From positions 64,001 to 128,000 of the forward strand of contig CAVUVW010000027.1 of NCBI GenBank assembly GCA_963745035.1: a stretch of DNA of 64,000 nt. Reading direction: 5' to 3'. Position numbers and translations under genes: made by a program. This DNA is from an uncultured delta proteobacterium (GTDB lineage Bacteria > Desulfobacterota > Binatia > UBA9968). The first letter of the stretch is position 1; each line of letters starts with the position of its first letter. Of this stretch, positions 19,132 to 34,461 are shown in pieces. The notes under the pieces are model-generated. The model made no database searches. It saw nothing but the letters and a program-made list of their open reading frames with translations, and had not been told where the DNA came from.

Positions 19132-19386
19132 ATGGCGCTACTCGTATCGATGCCCGTTGAAGTTTACGACGGCCTGCTGCAGAAATGCTCGAAGTTGAGC
19201 CGCGAGTATTTGATCCTCAAAAACGGCGTCGTCCGCCGCGACCGGGAAGAAAGCTCGGCGGCGCCGACGGTGGAAATTCTTTGCGAGGCGCAGCGGGCGA
19301 AATTTCTGCTTGATTTCGCAACGCTGGTCTACCCCCCAGCCGCCCCTTACATCGAACAGAGCATCAACCTCGCGCGCGACGACTGA
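19132..19386 (+). CDS. Hypothetical protein (84 aa)
   Basis: ATG ORF with protein-like composition; no motif recognised. Confidence 0.55.
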   Translation: MALLVSMPVEVYDGLLQKCSKLSREYLILKNGVVRRDREESSAAPTVEILCEAQRAKFLLDFATLVYPPAAPYIEQSINLARDD

Positions 19387-19463
19387 CGCGCACGCCAGGG
19401 TAATTTCAGGCGATATTCGGACGGGGCATATGCCGTCCCAACCGCGGTGGCGCCCGGCTCGAC

Positions 19464-19483
19464 CTGTCGCAAGATTGCGACAG
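19464..19483. promoter_or_regulatory. Perfect palindrome, candidate transcription-factor site
   Basis: CTGTCGCAA-GA-TTGCGACAG, about 280 bp upstream of a sigma-54 motif. Confidence 0.5.
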
Positions 19484-19765
19484 ATGCCGGCGGCAATTTC
19501 CTGTGAATGGTTCGGGTCATGGCAGGCCGCGAGGAATGAATCTTCCTCGCGCGACAGGAAAAATCCTATGGGGTCTTTGTCAGTCGAATGCCCGTGGGCC
19601 GATCGCGCCGGTGGCTCATCGTTTTGATCAGCCGTAATCGCTGCCGAAGTTTTCAGTCCCGCGGGAATCGTTCTCGTTATTTTTTACGCGTTTGAAGCCG
19701 CCTGTTTATGCAGGTCGGTTTTGCAGCGGGTAACACCACTCGGAAAGTTTGCCCTTCCAAGAATC

Positions 19766-19780
19766 TGGCATAAGAGTTGC
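19766..19780 (+). promoter_or_regulatory. Sigma-54 promoter of the chaperone operon
   Basis: TGGCATAAGAGTTGC, one base different from the 13681 site. Confidence 0.7.
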
Positions 19781-19903
19781 GCCGCGGACGAGGTGAGTCT
19801 GCTGCGGTGCGAGGCCCCGCACGCAAAGCTTCACCGGCCGGTCCGCGACGCGTAAGCTTCCCGTCTCCGCCGACCGCTTTCACCAAGCAGCGCTCAGGTC
19901 TGC

Positions 19904-20634
19904 GTGATGCTGGCGAAAAGTCATTATTTGACTCTGGGTATTCCTCAAAACGAGAGCGCCGGTGGAATCCGCCGGGCGTTTCGCGAACACGTGAAGCGTT
20001 ATCATCCCGATCGCGTGGGTTCGGCGCGAGCGCGGTTTTTTCAGGAAATCGTCGAGGCTTATCACACGCTGTCCAGCCCCGAGCGGCGGCGCGCATACGA
20101 TCGCGGCTTGTCTCACGCCGAGGGTGGCGCCGCCGCGGTCCCTGCGGTCTCGCTTGCCAAGCATGATGGTGCCGTCGGACTCGGCGAATCGCTCGATCCA
20201 AGGAGCGACGACCCATCCGGCAGATTGCCTCAAGTGGCGCCGGTATTGCGGTTCGTTCTGGGTCAAAGATGCGCTCTTCGAAGCGGCGTTGGCCCAAGCC
20301 AGCAGGAACCTGACCGCCGCGAGCTCCGGCGCCGCCGGCCTCAGCGCAGCGCCTTTCAGTGCAGATCGTGCTCTCGCAACTCGAAGCGTTGCGCGGCGGG
20401 ACTCTCGGTCTGTTAGTGCCGAGCTGCGCGCCTTGCGAGCGCTGCGGCGGCTCCGGCGCGCAGGGAGTTTTCCCGTGCGATCTATGCGACGGCGAAGGCT
20501 TGCGCGAAGAGGAGGAGAGCGTGCGCGTGACGATTCCCCCCAACGTCGGCGACGGCACGCTCATCGAGGCGCCGCTGCGCGGCCTCGGGCCGCATCATTT
20601 CTATCTGTGCGTGTGCGTGCGTGTGGCGTCTTAA
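19904..20634 (+). CDS. J-domain protein with a two-CxxCxGxG zinc finger (two apparent frameshifts)
   Basis: HYLTLG...RYHPD...AYHTLS J-domain; CERCGGSG and CDLCDGEG in the downstream frame. Confidence 0.75.
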
Positions 20635-20653
20635 GGCGCCGCGCGCGTGATGA

Positions 20654-22559
<1,906 letters not shown>

Positions 22560-22620
22560 AAATAAGCAATTGGCAACAGGCCACTAGGCAATAGACGACA
22601 GAGTTTTTCTTTTTTTCTTT

Positions 22621-23103
22621 ATGGAAGCGCCGGAAGAACCGAAGAACGCGGAACCCCGAGCGGCGGAGCTCGAGCGGTTGCGGGAGGAGTTGCGGCGCGA
22701 GCACGACGCGGTGCTGCGCGCGCTCGCCGATTTCGACAATTATCGGCGCCGTATGGAGCGCGAGCAGGGAAGCGCCGTCCGGCGCGGCAAGCGCGAGGTG
22801 ATCCTGCCGCTGTTGGAGGTGCTCGACGATTTTGACCGCGCGCTGGAGCACTTGCGCGATGCGCCGCCGGCGATTGCTACGGGCGTGCAGGCGCTGCACC
22901 GCAAGCTCCTCGGCTTGCTCGCCGCCCAGGGGATCGACCGCTTCGACAGCGTCGGCGAGGACTTCGATCCGCGCGTCCACGAGGCGTTGGGCACGGTCGC
23001 CAGCGAGAGTATTCCAACGGGAAAAGTTGCCGAAACTCTCCAGCGTGGTTATCGTTGGAATGATGAAGTGCTCAGACCGGCGCGGGTGCGGGTGGCGGAA
23101 TAA
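22621..23103 (+). CDS. grpE: Nucleotide exchange factor GrpE
   Basis: LRALADFDNYRRR, FDPRVHEA and GY...LRPARV motifs. Confidence 0.95.
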   Translation: MEAPEEPKNAEPRAAELERLREELRREHDAVLRALADFDNYRRRMEREQGSAVRRGKREVILPLLEVLDDFDRALEHLRDAPPAIATGVQALHRKLLGLLAAQGIDRFDSVGEDFDPRVHEALGTVASESIPTGKVAETLQRGYRWNDEVLRPARVRVAE

Positions 23104-23172
23104 AGCGGCGGTGCGCGATTCGCGCAAGCGCCGCGCGCGCCACAAACTCCAGGCGCAACCGGCGTAAACTCA

Positions 23173-24186
23173 ATGGCGGTCCAATTTCGCGATTACTACG
23201 AAGTCCTCGGCGTAAACAAGAGCGCGTCCGATGCCGATATCAAGTCGGCGTTTCGCAAGCAAGCGCGCAAGTATCACCCCGACGTTAATCCGGGCGACAA
23301 ATCCGCCGAAGAGAAGTTCAAGGAAATCAACGAAGCTTATGAAGTGCTTTCCGATGCGGAGAAGCGCAAACGCTACGATCAGCTCGGCCCCAACTGGAAG
23401 GCGGGGGAAGAATTTCGCCCGCCGCCCGGCTGGGAGCGGGAATACACCGGCGACATGGGCGACATGTTCGGTGGCGGGGCGAGCGGATTCAGCGATTTCT
23501 TCGAGTCTTTGTTCGGCGGCCGTCGCGGTGCGCGCGCCGGCGCCGGGTTTGCGATGCGCGGGCGCGATATCGAAGCGGAGATCGCGCTCACTCTCGAGGA
23601 GGCGCATCGTGGCGGGGTGCGCAGCGTGACCCTGCAGGCGACCGAAACCTGTCCCGATTGCCGCGGCACGGGCTCCAAGGACGGGAAGACTGCCTGTCCG
23701 ACGTGCCGGGGCGGCGGCGCGGTGCGCCGGCCCAAGTCTCTCGAAGTGACGATTCCTCAGGGGCTGCGCGAAGGTTCGGTGATTCGCCTGGCCGGACAGG
23801 GGGAGCCCGGCATGAGCGGCGCGCAGGCGGGCGATCTTTTTCTGCGCGCGCGCATCCAACCGCACCGGCTCTTCGAGCCGAGCGGCGCGGACGACGTTCA
23901 GGTCGAGCTGCCGGTGGCGCCGTGGGAGGTCGCGCTGGGAGCAAGAGTCATGGTGCCGACTTTGGAAGGGCCGGTGGAGATGACCATTCCCGCCGGAACT
24001 CAGGGCGGCCAGCGGCTGCGGCTCCGCGGCCAAGGCCTCAATCGCCGCGGCGGCGGCCGAGGCGATCAATACGCCAAGTTGAAGATCGTCGTTCCGCCGC
24101 AGCTTACGCCGCAGGAAAAGGAAATGTTCGAGAAGCTCGGCGCCGAGTCGCGCTTCAATGCGCGGGAGTTGATGCCCAACCGATGA
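23173..24186 (+). CDS. cbpA: CbpA-like DnaJ-class co-chaperone
   Basis: [11 protein letters not shown] and [11 protein letters not shown] motifs, C-terminal VAPWEVALG; followed by cbpM. Confidence 0.8.
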   Translation: MAVQFRDYYEVLGVNKSASDADIKSAFRKQARKYHPDVNPGDKSAEEKFKEINEAYEVLSDAEKRKRYDQLGPNWKAGEEFRPPPGWEREYTGDMGDMFGGGASGFSDFFESLFGGRRGARAGAGFAMRGRDIEAEIALTLEEAHRGGVRSVTLQATETCPDCRGTGSKDGKTACPTCRGGGAVRRPKSLEVTIPQGLREGSVIRLAGQGEPGMSGAQAGDLFLRARIQPHRLFEPSGADDVQVELPVAPWEVALGARVMVPTLEGPVEMTIPAGTQGGQRLRLRGQGLNRRGGGRGDQYAKLKIVVPPQLTPQEKEMFEKLGAESRFNARELMPNR

Positions 24187-24500
24187 CGACGATACATCGT
24201 TACGAGCTGGTGATTCGCCGGCGCGAGAGCCGGTATCTGACCCTCGATGCGCTTGCCGCGCACGCCGGCATGCATCCCGCGCTGGTCGAGCGCTATGTCG
24301 ACTGCGGGTTGATCGAGCCGAGCGCGCGCGAAGGCGACGCCGTATTTTTCGATACCGGAGCGGTGCCGCGGCTGCGGATGATCGGACGGCTGCGCGACCA
24401 TCTCGGCATCAACGTCGCCGGCATCGCGGTGATTCTGGATCTGCTCGAGCGCATCGACGCGCTCCAACGGGAAAACGAAAGCCGGCGGCGCGGACGCTGA
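24183..24500 (+). CDS. cbpM: Chaperone modulator CbpM (MerR-like HTH)
   Basis: ATGA overlap with cbpA; GLIEP...[23 protein letters not shown]. Confidence 0.8.
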   Translation: MTTIHRYELVIRRRESRYLTLDALAAHAGMHPALVERYVDCGLIEPSAREGDAVFFDTGAVPRLRMIGRLRDHLGINVAGIAVILDLLERIDALQRENESRRRGR

Positions 24501-24565
24501 GCGGCGCGCGCTCGCGGCATGATCGGTGAAAATCTTCGCTCGGCGGCGGCTAACGGAGGAACGCG

Positions 24566-27214
<2,649 letters not shown>

Positions 27215-27306
27215 GACGCTGATGCGTGGAGTGTCTCGGGTTAGGATTGCTCGCGTGCGGTGCATCACCGCAGTTTGCTGCCTCAAGTAGCGCCGATCCG
27301 AAGTCC

Positions 27307-27382
27307 GTTATTCCCGCATGCTTTAAGCGGGAATCCAGGCGAATCCGGATCTGACCCCCCGATCAAGACATTCGGGGTGACA
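27307..27382 (+). repeat. ~76-bp two-hairpin repeat element, copy 2
   Basis: Near-identical to 5801-5876. Confidence 0.8.
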
Positions 27383-27478
27383 CCTTCGAGAGATGGCACG
27401 TCGCCGGATTGATACCGCGCTACTTGCAATGGGGGTTCTTCATTGTCGCACCGTTCGCCCTCCGCCGCTGAAGAGCCG

Positions 27479-28408
27479 CTAATCTCGCCGGATCAAACGG
27501 AGCGCGTTGTTCGCGAAAATATCTTCGCGCTCGGTGGCGCCGATCGGCAGCTCTTCGATGATCTTTTTTGCCCGGGGCAGCAACGGCAAGAGCGGCGGCG
27601 CATCGCTGCCGAAGACGAGATGTTTGGCGCCGACGGTTTGATATGCGCACATGATCGCCGGAGGATGATAGGCGACGGTGTCCATGTACAAAGTTTTTAA
27701 GTACTCGCTCGGGCGCTTGCTGATGAGCATGGGCTCGTAGGAGCCGAGCCCGGAGGCCCGGTCGCCCAGCTCATAGGCGTAATCCATGCGGCCGATGACG
27801 TCGCAGATGCCGCCGCCGAGATGGCAGCCGACGAATTTAACCCCGGGATGGCGCTCGAACACACCGCGCACGATGAGCCGGGCGATGCTCAGGCATTCAT
27901 CGAAGGGCCGACCGACGCTGGAAGCGAGCCGATAGTCGCGCATACGCTCCTCGCCGTAGCCCACCGATGGCGCATGCATCATCACCGGGATGCGCAGCGC
28001 GCTCACCAATTCGAAAAACGGTTTCGCCGCGTCGTCGTCGGGATAGGCGTGCTGGTGGCTCGAATTGATCAGCACGCCCCGAAGCCCATATTCGACAACC
28101 GCGCGCTCCAATTCCTTCACGAACGGCGCGCCGCCGCAGGGCAGGGCGCTGGTGAAAACAATGACGCGGTCTTTGTATTTCTGCTGAATCTCGGCGGCGT
28201 ATTCATTCCAGCGTCGCAGGAACGCGAGCGACTCCTCGTCGGTTTTTTCTTTGAGATAGTGGATCGTGTTGCTGACGACGCAGCGCTCGATGCCGGCCGT
28301 CTCGTGCGCCTCCAGCAGGTTTTCAATCGTGAACGGCGTGATGCCGCCCCAGCGGCGCTCTCTGGCCAGCTCGGGAGGATAGACATGGGCGTGCCAGTCG
28401 ATGATCAT
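27479..28408 (-). CDS. Amidohydrolase_2 family protein (ACMSD-like decarboxylase)
   Basis: IDWHAH, VMMHAP, CHLGG and FGSDAP motifs. Confidence 0.85.
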   Translation of the reverse strand: MIIDWHAHVYPPELARERRWGGITPFTIENLLEAHETAGIERCVVSNTIHYLKEKTDEESLAFLRRWNEYAAEIQQKYKDRVIVFTSALPCGGAPFVKELERAVVEYGLRGVLINSSHQHAYPDDDAAKPFFELVSALRIPVMMHAPSVGYGEERMRDYRLASSVGRPFDECLSIARLIVRGVFERHPGVKFVGCHLGGGICDVIGRMDYAYELGDRASGLGSYEPMLISKRPSEYLKTLYMDTVAYHPPAIMCAYQTVGAKHLVFGSDAPPLLPLLPRAKKIIEELPIGATEREDIFANNALRLIRRD

Positions 28409-28541
28409 GGAATCCTCCTTTATGATGCGCTAGTGCATTTCAATTCTGCATCCGAGACTTTTCTCTTCCCCCTCGACGGAGAAGATTAAGATGGGGGTAA
28501 TACTTCGAAGTAAGACGATCACCCCTACTCTAGCTCATCAT

Positions 28542-29495
28542 TTACCGCGGTTTTATCCCCAGCTCCGCCTGCGCCTCGCGGAGAAAGCTTAGGTCGACAA
28601 CTTCGCTCGGCGCGACTTCGCGCGTCACTTTGTTGCTGCGCCGAGTTTGCTCGATGACGAGCTTTAGGCCGTCTTCGGGTACGGCGCCGTCGGCGTTGAA
28701 CAAGTTTCGCAGGGCATCGTATGACGCGTAGGCGAATTCGCGCTCGACTTTGCCCCAGGCCATCAAGGTGCGCACGGCTTCGTCGCGGTTGTCGCGGATG
28801 AAACGGTTGGCGCGAATCGTCGCTTTGATGACGCGGCGGATCTCGTCGGGCTTTTCCTTGATCTTGCGCATATGCGTGCCGAGGCCGAGATAAGGGAAGC
28901 TGAATAATTCATAGGCGCGGGCGAGAATGCGAAAGCCCTGCCGCTCCATCTGCGCATCGGCCGGAGGCGAAATGACGACGACATCGACGACGCGCTGTTT
29001 GAGCGCCGTCAAGCGCGCGGCATCCGAGCCGAGGGCGAGGACCTTGATTTCTTTCTCCGGATCGATGCCGGCCTGCTTGATCATCAAGCGCGCCGCGACG
29101 TCGGGAGTGGCGCCGAAGCTGCTGATGCCGAGGGTTTTGCCTTTGAGATCCTTGAGCGTTTTAAGCTCCGGCTGCGAGATCAAGGTCATCGGCCAGTTGT
29201 CGAGATAGCCGGCGACGACTCGCACCGGCAGCCCGGCGATGGCGCCGCCGACCACGGCGCCGAAGAGCTGGCAGTAGTCGACGTCGCCGGTCGAAAGGGC
29301 GGTAATCGAAACGTTGGGGTTCATCCGGATGATCTCGGCGTCAAGGTTCTCGTCTTTGAAAAATCCTACCTTTTGCGCCATCGCAGCCGTCAAGTTGGGC
29401 ATGTTGGGATTGGACACAGCGATGCGAATGCGATCCGCGGCCTCGGCCTGGACGGCGAGCAGGAGCATCGTCAAAATTATGAGAATGGTACGCAT
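28542..29495 (-). CDS. NMT1/SsuA-like ABC substrate-binding protein
   Basis: Signal peptide ending AVQAEA; GFFKDENLD and DLKGKTLGISSFG motifs. Confidence 0.85.
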   Translation of the reverse strand: MRTILIILTMLLLAVQAEAADRIRIAVSNPNMPNLTAAMAQKVGFFKDENLDAEIIRMNPNVSITALSTGDVDYCQLFGAVVGGAIAGLPVRVVAGYLDNWPMTLISQPELKTLKDLKGKTLGISSFGATPDVAARLMIKQAGIDPEKEIKVLALGSDAARLTALKQRVVDVVVISPPADAQMERQGFRILARAYELFSFPYLGLGTHMRKIKEKPDEIRRVIKATIRANRFIRDNRDEAVRTLMAWGKVEREFAYASYDALRNLFNADGAVPEDGLKLVIEQTRRSNKVTREVAPSEVVDLSFLREAQAELGIKPR

Positions 29496-29772
29496 GAGTC
29501 TTAATGCGAATCGCGGTCAAAACGGAATCGTTGGGTCACCACGAACTGATTCATGACGTTACAGTCGCCCGCACGTAATGAAAATGGAGAGGTCCCTCCG
29601 CATGTTTTCTCCGCACAATTAGCCTGGATACCCGCCCCCGCTTTCGCGAGGGCATGCTTTCGAATCGCGGGTATGACGGAAGGCGGCGGTAAGTATCGGC
29701 ATTGGGAGCCTTCATATGTAGATCAGCGATCTGCAATTTTCGAAGAAACCGAAGGACACGAACGGTTTCGAT

Positions 29773-29799
29773 GTAGCCGCGGGTTTCAAACCCGCCTAC
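29773..29799 (+). repeat. GTAG-type REP palindrome
   Basis: GTAG-CCGCGGGTTT-C-AAACCCGC-CTAC; a similar GTAGGGTGCGC-TT-GCGCACC lies at 46991-47010. Confidence 0.55.
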
Positions 29800-29848
29800 G
29801 AATGCATAGCTTCGTTGTCTTCATGGTTCGATCGGCCGACCTCACCGA

Positions 29849-30268
29849 CTACCGTTCCTGGACGACGTTAAAACCGCTGTAGCCGCGGATCTTGTCGACG
29901 CGCACGAGCACGCCGTAGCCTTTGCGCTCCGGATCTTTGTCCAACTCGGCTTTGATCGTGCGCTTGAGAATATTCAGGCGCATCTCGCCGTCTTTGTGGA
30001 CCGTCGCTCGGCCGTAGAAGCGCCAGCCGATGCTTCCCGGCTGGTCGTAGTACAGCATGCAGACGTTGGGGTTCTTTTCCAAATTCGTGGTGCTTTGGCC
30101 GAGCGAGCGGTCCCAGAAGGCGATATGCTCCTCGTCGTAGACGAAGGTGCTGCCGCGAAAGCTCAGATCAGGATAGCCCTCCTCCGACGTGGTCGCCCAT
30201 ACGCAGTACTTTTTCTCTTCCAGCGCTTTGTCGACGCGCTGTTTCATATCGTCGGTGATCTTGATCAT
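29849..30268 (-). CDS. Pyridoxamine 5'-phosphate oxidase-like FMN-binding protein
   Basis: WATTSEEGYPDLSFRGS...NLEKNPNV split-barrel pattern. Confidence 0.75.
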   Translation of the reverse strand: MIKITDDMKQRVDKALEEKKYCVWATTSEEGYPDLSFRGSTFVYDEEHIAFWDRSLGQSTTNLEKNPNVCMLYYDQPGSIGWRFYGRATVHKDGEMRLNILKRTIKAELDKDPERKGYGVLVRVDKIRGYSGFNVVQER

Positions 30269-30309
30269 GTTGCGTCCTCCTTGGTGCAAGGTTTGAGCTT
30301 GTATCCTGA

Positions 30310-31200
30310 TTATTTAAAGCCGTACAACGCCGCCGGATTGTCCACCAGGATTTTTTTTTGCAAGCCCGGATCGGGGGCGAACTCGGCGAGAAGATCGACG
30401 AGATCGCCGTCGTTCGGCGTATGGCCGGGCGCGAAATTATTCGAGTGCGGCCAGTCGGTGCCCCAGATGATCCGATCCGGTGCGGCGGCGATCACGGCGC
30501 GGGCGTATGGAACCACTTCCACGAACGGCAGGCCGAAATACGAATGCACTTTCGTGTTGCAAATCTTGTCCGCGCCGCTGACTTTGACCCAGACATGGTT
30601 GAGCGCGGCCAAGTCAAGCAGCAGTTGAAATCCCGGCTGGCTCAATCCTTCGGCCGGCTTCACGCGAGCGATGTGGTCGATCACCACCGGAATCGGCATC
30701 TTGCGGATGCGCCGCTCCTGCTCGATGAGATTTTTCAGGTCGATGTGCAGATCGACCGACCAGCCGAGCCAGGCAATATTCTCGACGCAGCGATCGAGCA
30801 TGTCGAGCGCCACGTTGCCGCGCGGCCGGTCGAGCAGGTTGAAACGCACGCCGCGGATACCGCCGTCGTGGAGACGTTGCAACTCCTCCTTCGAGGTTTT
30901 GTCAGCGATGCGGCCGACGCCGCGAAACCTGCCGCCGGACTGTTTGATCGCGTCGAGCGTTGCCGAATTATCCAGGCCGTGCACGCTTGGCTGCACGACG
31001 ACGGCCCGCGTGATGCTGACGACAGCGATCATCTTGAGATAATGCTCCAGGGGAGCGGCCGGCGGTGTATATTCGTGAGTCGAGACAAACGGAAATTGTT
31101 CCGGCGGGCCGAAGACGTGAAAATGGGTGTCGCAGGAATTCGCCGGCGGGATGAACTTGGGCTTCCGCGTGTTGGGATCCGGCGGGTAGCAATAGGGCAT
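30310..31200 (-). CDS. LigI-like (2-pyrone-4,6-dicarboxylate lactonase family) amidohydrolase
   Basis: CDTHFHVFGP, VVVQPSVHG.DN, VIDHIA and WGTDWPH motifs. Confidence 0.85.
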   Translation of the reverse strand: MPYCYPPDPNTRKPKFIPPANSCDTHFHVFGPPEQFPFVSTHEYTPPAAPLEHYLKMIAVVSITRAVVVQPSVHGLDNSATLDAIKQSGGRFRGVGRIADKTSKEELQRLHDGGIRGVRFNLLDRPRGNVALDMLDRCVENIAWLGWSVDLHIDLKNLIEQERRIRKMPIPVVIDHIARVKPAEGLSQPGFQLLLDLAALNHVWVKVSGADKICNTKVHSYFGLPFVEVVPYARAVIAAAPDRIIWGTDWPHSNNFAPGHTPNDGDLVDLLAEFAPDPGLQKKILVDNPAALYGFK

Positions 31201-31344
31201 CGCTGATTTGCTCCAGGCAATCTTTTAGCCTAGTGAGAAGGCGCTGTCCAACGACGACGAAGCGTTGGAGACGCCTTGATTGTCCGGGCGAGCGGGAGTA
31301 AAAGCGGTTTCGGAGACGAGGTAGATTCGCCGAAGGAGCGCGCG

Positions 31345-32223
31345 ATGGCTAAGTTCCGAATACAATCACACGGCCGTTTGCAGGAGTGGGTTGCGGAAGA
31401 GAAAGGATATTTCAAGGACCAGGGATTGGAGTACGAGTTTCTCGTCAAGCCGATCGTCACCTGGACGGCGGACGTCGAGACCGTCGAGTCGGCGCCGGAA
31501 GATATCCCGCGCGGCGCTTTCGAATCGATCGAAGACGGGCGCGGTTGCAATTTGAGCGCGGCCTGCCATTGGACGGTGAACATGGCCGCCTCCGCGGGTC
31601 ACGGCAAGATGTGGGGCCGGGCCTATTCGGTTTCGCCGTCGGGAATCTTCGTGGCGCCCGACTCGCCGATCCGAAAGCCCGAAGAACTCGCCAACGTGCC
31701 GGTCACCGTCGGCTACCACTCCGGCAGTCACTATTCGACTTTGCAAGGGCTCGAGCAGTTTCTACCGCGCGGCGAAATCAAACTGCACTTCGGCGGTCTA
31801 CTGCTCGACCGGTTGGCGCTGCTCGCCGATCGGCAGGTTCCCGCGGCAAGTCTCTTCGGAGCACCGTTCTACGTCGCCGAACAGCTGGGCTTCAAGAAGA
31901 TCGTCGATACCACTTTCATGATCGGCCATCTGGTTACGGAGCACGCGGATCTCGAACAGGTCGAGCGCTACTTTGAAGCGCTGCGCCGCGCGCAGCACGA
32001 CATCGACCTGGAGCCCGAAGCGTACAAGCATTATTTCCTGCGGGAATTGCCGAAGCGCTATCACGAGCTGGTGGACATCCGGCAATTCGGTCCAGGTGAG
32101 CGCATCGTCTTCGAGCTCTATCCGCAAGCAGCATTCGAACGGACCCGGCAATGGATCGAATCGTGGAATCTGTTTCCGCCGGAGCAGAAAGGCGAGGCCG
32201 GCTACGGGGCATCGGTCGTTTAG
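31345..32223 (+). CDS. NMT1/THI5-like periplasmic-binding-fold protein lacking a signal peptide
   Basis: WVAEEKGYFKDQGLEYEF; start after AAGGAG; no hydrophobic leader. Confidence 0.7.
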   Translation: MAKFRIQSHGRLQEWVAEEKGYFKDQGLEYEFLVKPIVTWTADVETVESAPEDIPRGAFESIEDGRGCNLSAACHWTVNMAASAGHGKMWGRAYSVSPSGIFVAPDSPIRKPEELANVPVTVGYHSGSHYSTLQGLEQFLPRGEIKLHFGGLLLDRLALLADRQVPAASLFGAPFYVAEQLGFKKIVDTTFMIGHLVTEHADLEQVERYFEALRRAQHDIDLEPEAYKHYFLRELPKRYHELVDIRQFGPGERIVFELYPQAAFERTRQWIESWNLFPPEQKGEAGYGASVV

Positions 32224-32261
32224 AAAAATGGGCTGCGCCAAGCGTGGGTCAGCCGCGGATC

Positions 32262-32403
32262 AAAATCCGAAATCCGAAACACGAAATCCGAAACAAACAG
32301 AACAGAAATCCCAAACTCGAATAAAGCTCCAAACAGGGCTGTTTAGGCCTTCGATTTTGGACATTCGAAACTTCTTTCGAATTTCGAAATTTGGGTTTGA
32401 AAT
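32262..32403. repeat. 7-nt periodic inverted repeat element (AAATCCG array / TTCGAAT array)
   Basis: AAATCCG AAATCCG AAACACG AAATCCG, later TTCGAAT TTCGAAA TTTGGGT. Confidence 0.7.
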
Positions 32404-32412
32404 CCCTGCTTC

Positions 32413-33252
32413 TCACATTGCGGCGCTGTGGCGCTTCACCCAGTCGAGAATGATTCGGTTGGTTTCCTCGGGCGCCTGCCAGAAAAAGCCGTGCGACTGG
32501 CCGTCGAGGACTTTGAGCTCGGCGCCGGGAATTCGATTCTTCAGCGCTTCTGCCTGGACGAGGTGATTGCCGCGGGCGCGGTCGCTGGTGCCGATCAGCA
32601 CCAGAGTCGAGCATTTCATGTCGCCCAGCCGATGGGTCGCCTCCCAGTTGTGCCGGCCGATGCTCAAATGGATGTATTCAGATAAATCCGCGTGAGTCGC
32701 GCGGGCGAGCTTGAAGAACTCTTCGACCTTTTCGGGATGCTGCGCACGAAAATCATCGGTGAAAAAAGTATCCGACTCGCAATATTCTTCGCGCAAAAAT
32801 TTTTCGAAGCCTTTTTCCACCAATCCGATCACCAGCCAGTGAGGCAGGCCCGGAACACAATCCGCTCCGGGCCGCGGCACCTGGCCGGAGCCGCTGGCGG
32901 CCATGATGAGGCTTTTCACCCGTCCGGGAAAATTGAGCGCCATCTCGAGCGCGATGCGCCCGCCCATGGAGTGGCCGAGCACGTGCGCCGCGGGAATTTT
33001 CAAATGATCCAAAAGGGCGATGATGTCATTGGACATCTGATGGATGGTGTAGACCTCTTGGCTCGCCCGTGAGCGGGGCGTGCCGCGCGGGTCATGAAGA
33101 ATGAGTTGCAGGAAGGGCGACAAGCCGGGAACTTGATGGGGCTTCCACACCTCGCCGGAAAACGCCGTCGAAGGAATGAGCACGAGCGGCTCTCCCGAGC
33201 CGTGGGTTTCATAGTGAAGATTGACGCCGGTAGGCAGGTTTACATTTGGCAT
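32413..33252 (-). CDS. Alpha/beta hydrolase
   Basis: GHSMGG nucleophile elbow; DPRGT; C-terminal SHG. Confidence 0.85.
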   Translation of the reverse strand: MPNVNLPTGVNLHYETHGSGEPLVLIPSTAFSGEVWKPHQVPGLSPFLQLILHDPRGTPRSRASQEVYTIHQMSNDIIALLDHLKIPAAHVLGHSMGGRIALEMALNFPGRVKSLIMAASGSGQVPRPGADCVPGLPHWLVIGLVEKGFEKFLREEYCESDTFFTDDFRAQHPEKVEEFFKLARATHADLSEYIHLSIGRHNWEATHRLGDMKCSTLVLIGTSDRARGNHLVQAEALKNRIPGAELKVLDGQSHGFFWQAPEETNRIILDWVKRHSAAM

Positions 33253-33428
33253 GGATCGATTCTTCCTGGGCGGATTCGTTCAAAACGTTCAAGCCGTTCA
33301 ACCGCTACGCTCCGTTCAAATGGTTCGCGATGCATGAGCATCGCGTTTCATGACCCGAGCTCGGTCGTGATCGGCTATGATACCTCGAGCGACTGGAACT
33401 TCTCGAACCACTGGAACCGAATTTCGGC

Positions 33429-34289
33429 CTAGATTCCGAGTTGTTTGATCATCGCCCGGGTTAGCGGAAGGTAGTCGTCGAGCAGGTGCTCCGACATGGT
33501 GTAATGGTTGGCGGCGGGTTCGACGAGATACTCGACCTGCATGCCGTGCTGTTTACAGTATTGAAAGTAATCTTCCGACATTTGCTGCCAACCTTTGGGT
33601 TCGTCCCCGCCGACGGCGACAACGAGCGGACATTTGACGCGTGGCGGATTGAGCAGGGGGCTGTTTCGCCTCGCGTCTTCCGGCGTCATGCGCACTTGTT
33701 CCTGCACGCTGATTTTCATGACCATCTCGAGATCGTACACACCCGAAGTTGCCACAGCGCCCTTGATGAGATCTTGTGGAAGGCCTTCCTTCGTCCAATC
33801 ATGAGCGAGGGCCATGGCTGTCAGATGTCCGCCGGCCGAATGGCCGGAGACGAACAGCTTCGACGGATCTGCACCGTAACGCCCGATGTTTCGGTAGACC
33901 CAGGCGATGCTCGTGCGCGTTTGCCGAACGATGTCGGTGACCGTGACTTGCGGGCAAAGATCGTATTCCACCAACGCGACCGTAACGCCCTGCTCGGTAA
34001 ACGTCGGCGCAAAATTGCAATTGTCTTCTTTGCTGCCGCTCCTCCAGTAGCCGCCGTGAATGTAGACGAGCACTGGCCCGGCGGGCCTTTCGGCGGCATA
34101 GATATCCAGCGTCTCGCGCGGCGCGCTGCCGTAAGCAACATTCAGCCACGACTTCGCGCGCTCCCGAACTTTGCGCGCCTGCGCCGCGCGAATTTTGGCG
34201 AGCTCCGGATACTCCGGCACGGAAACGCGCGGGTTGTACTGATACTCGAGCTCGTCTTGGCGAAAGCCTTTGTACGCATTTTCGTTCAT
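33429..34289 (-). CDS. Arylformamidase-like (HSL family) alpha/beta hydrolase
   Basis: YIHGGYW, SGHSAGGHL and SGVYDL motifs. Confidence 0.85.
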   Translation of the reverse strand: MNENAYKGFRQDELEYQYNPRVSVPEYPELAKIRAAQARKVRERAKSWLNVAYGSAPRETLDIYAAERPAGPVLVYIHGGYWRSGSKEDNCNFAPTFTEQGVTVALVEYDLCPQVTVTDIVRQTRTSIAWVYRNIGRYGADPSKLFVSGHSAGGHLTAMALAHDWTKEGLPQDLIKGAVATSGVYDLEMVMKISVQEQVRMTPEDARRNSPLLNPPRVKCPLVVAVGGDEPKGWQQMSEDYFQYCKQHGMQVEYLVEPAANHYTMSEHLLDDYLPLTRAMIKQLGI

Positions 34290-34461
34290 GGTTCTTGTCC
34301 TCGGTGAAAAACACACGGCTTCAGAACACGAACGTAATGTAAGGCGCGCTGGCGTGTCAATGGCGGCTGCTGACGGCAGCGAGGCGCACGAAACACAAAG
34401 GCCAAGAGTACTGGCGCGGCGCGAATACCCTTGGCCTTCAAACGTCGGCGAGAATGAGACT

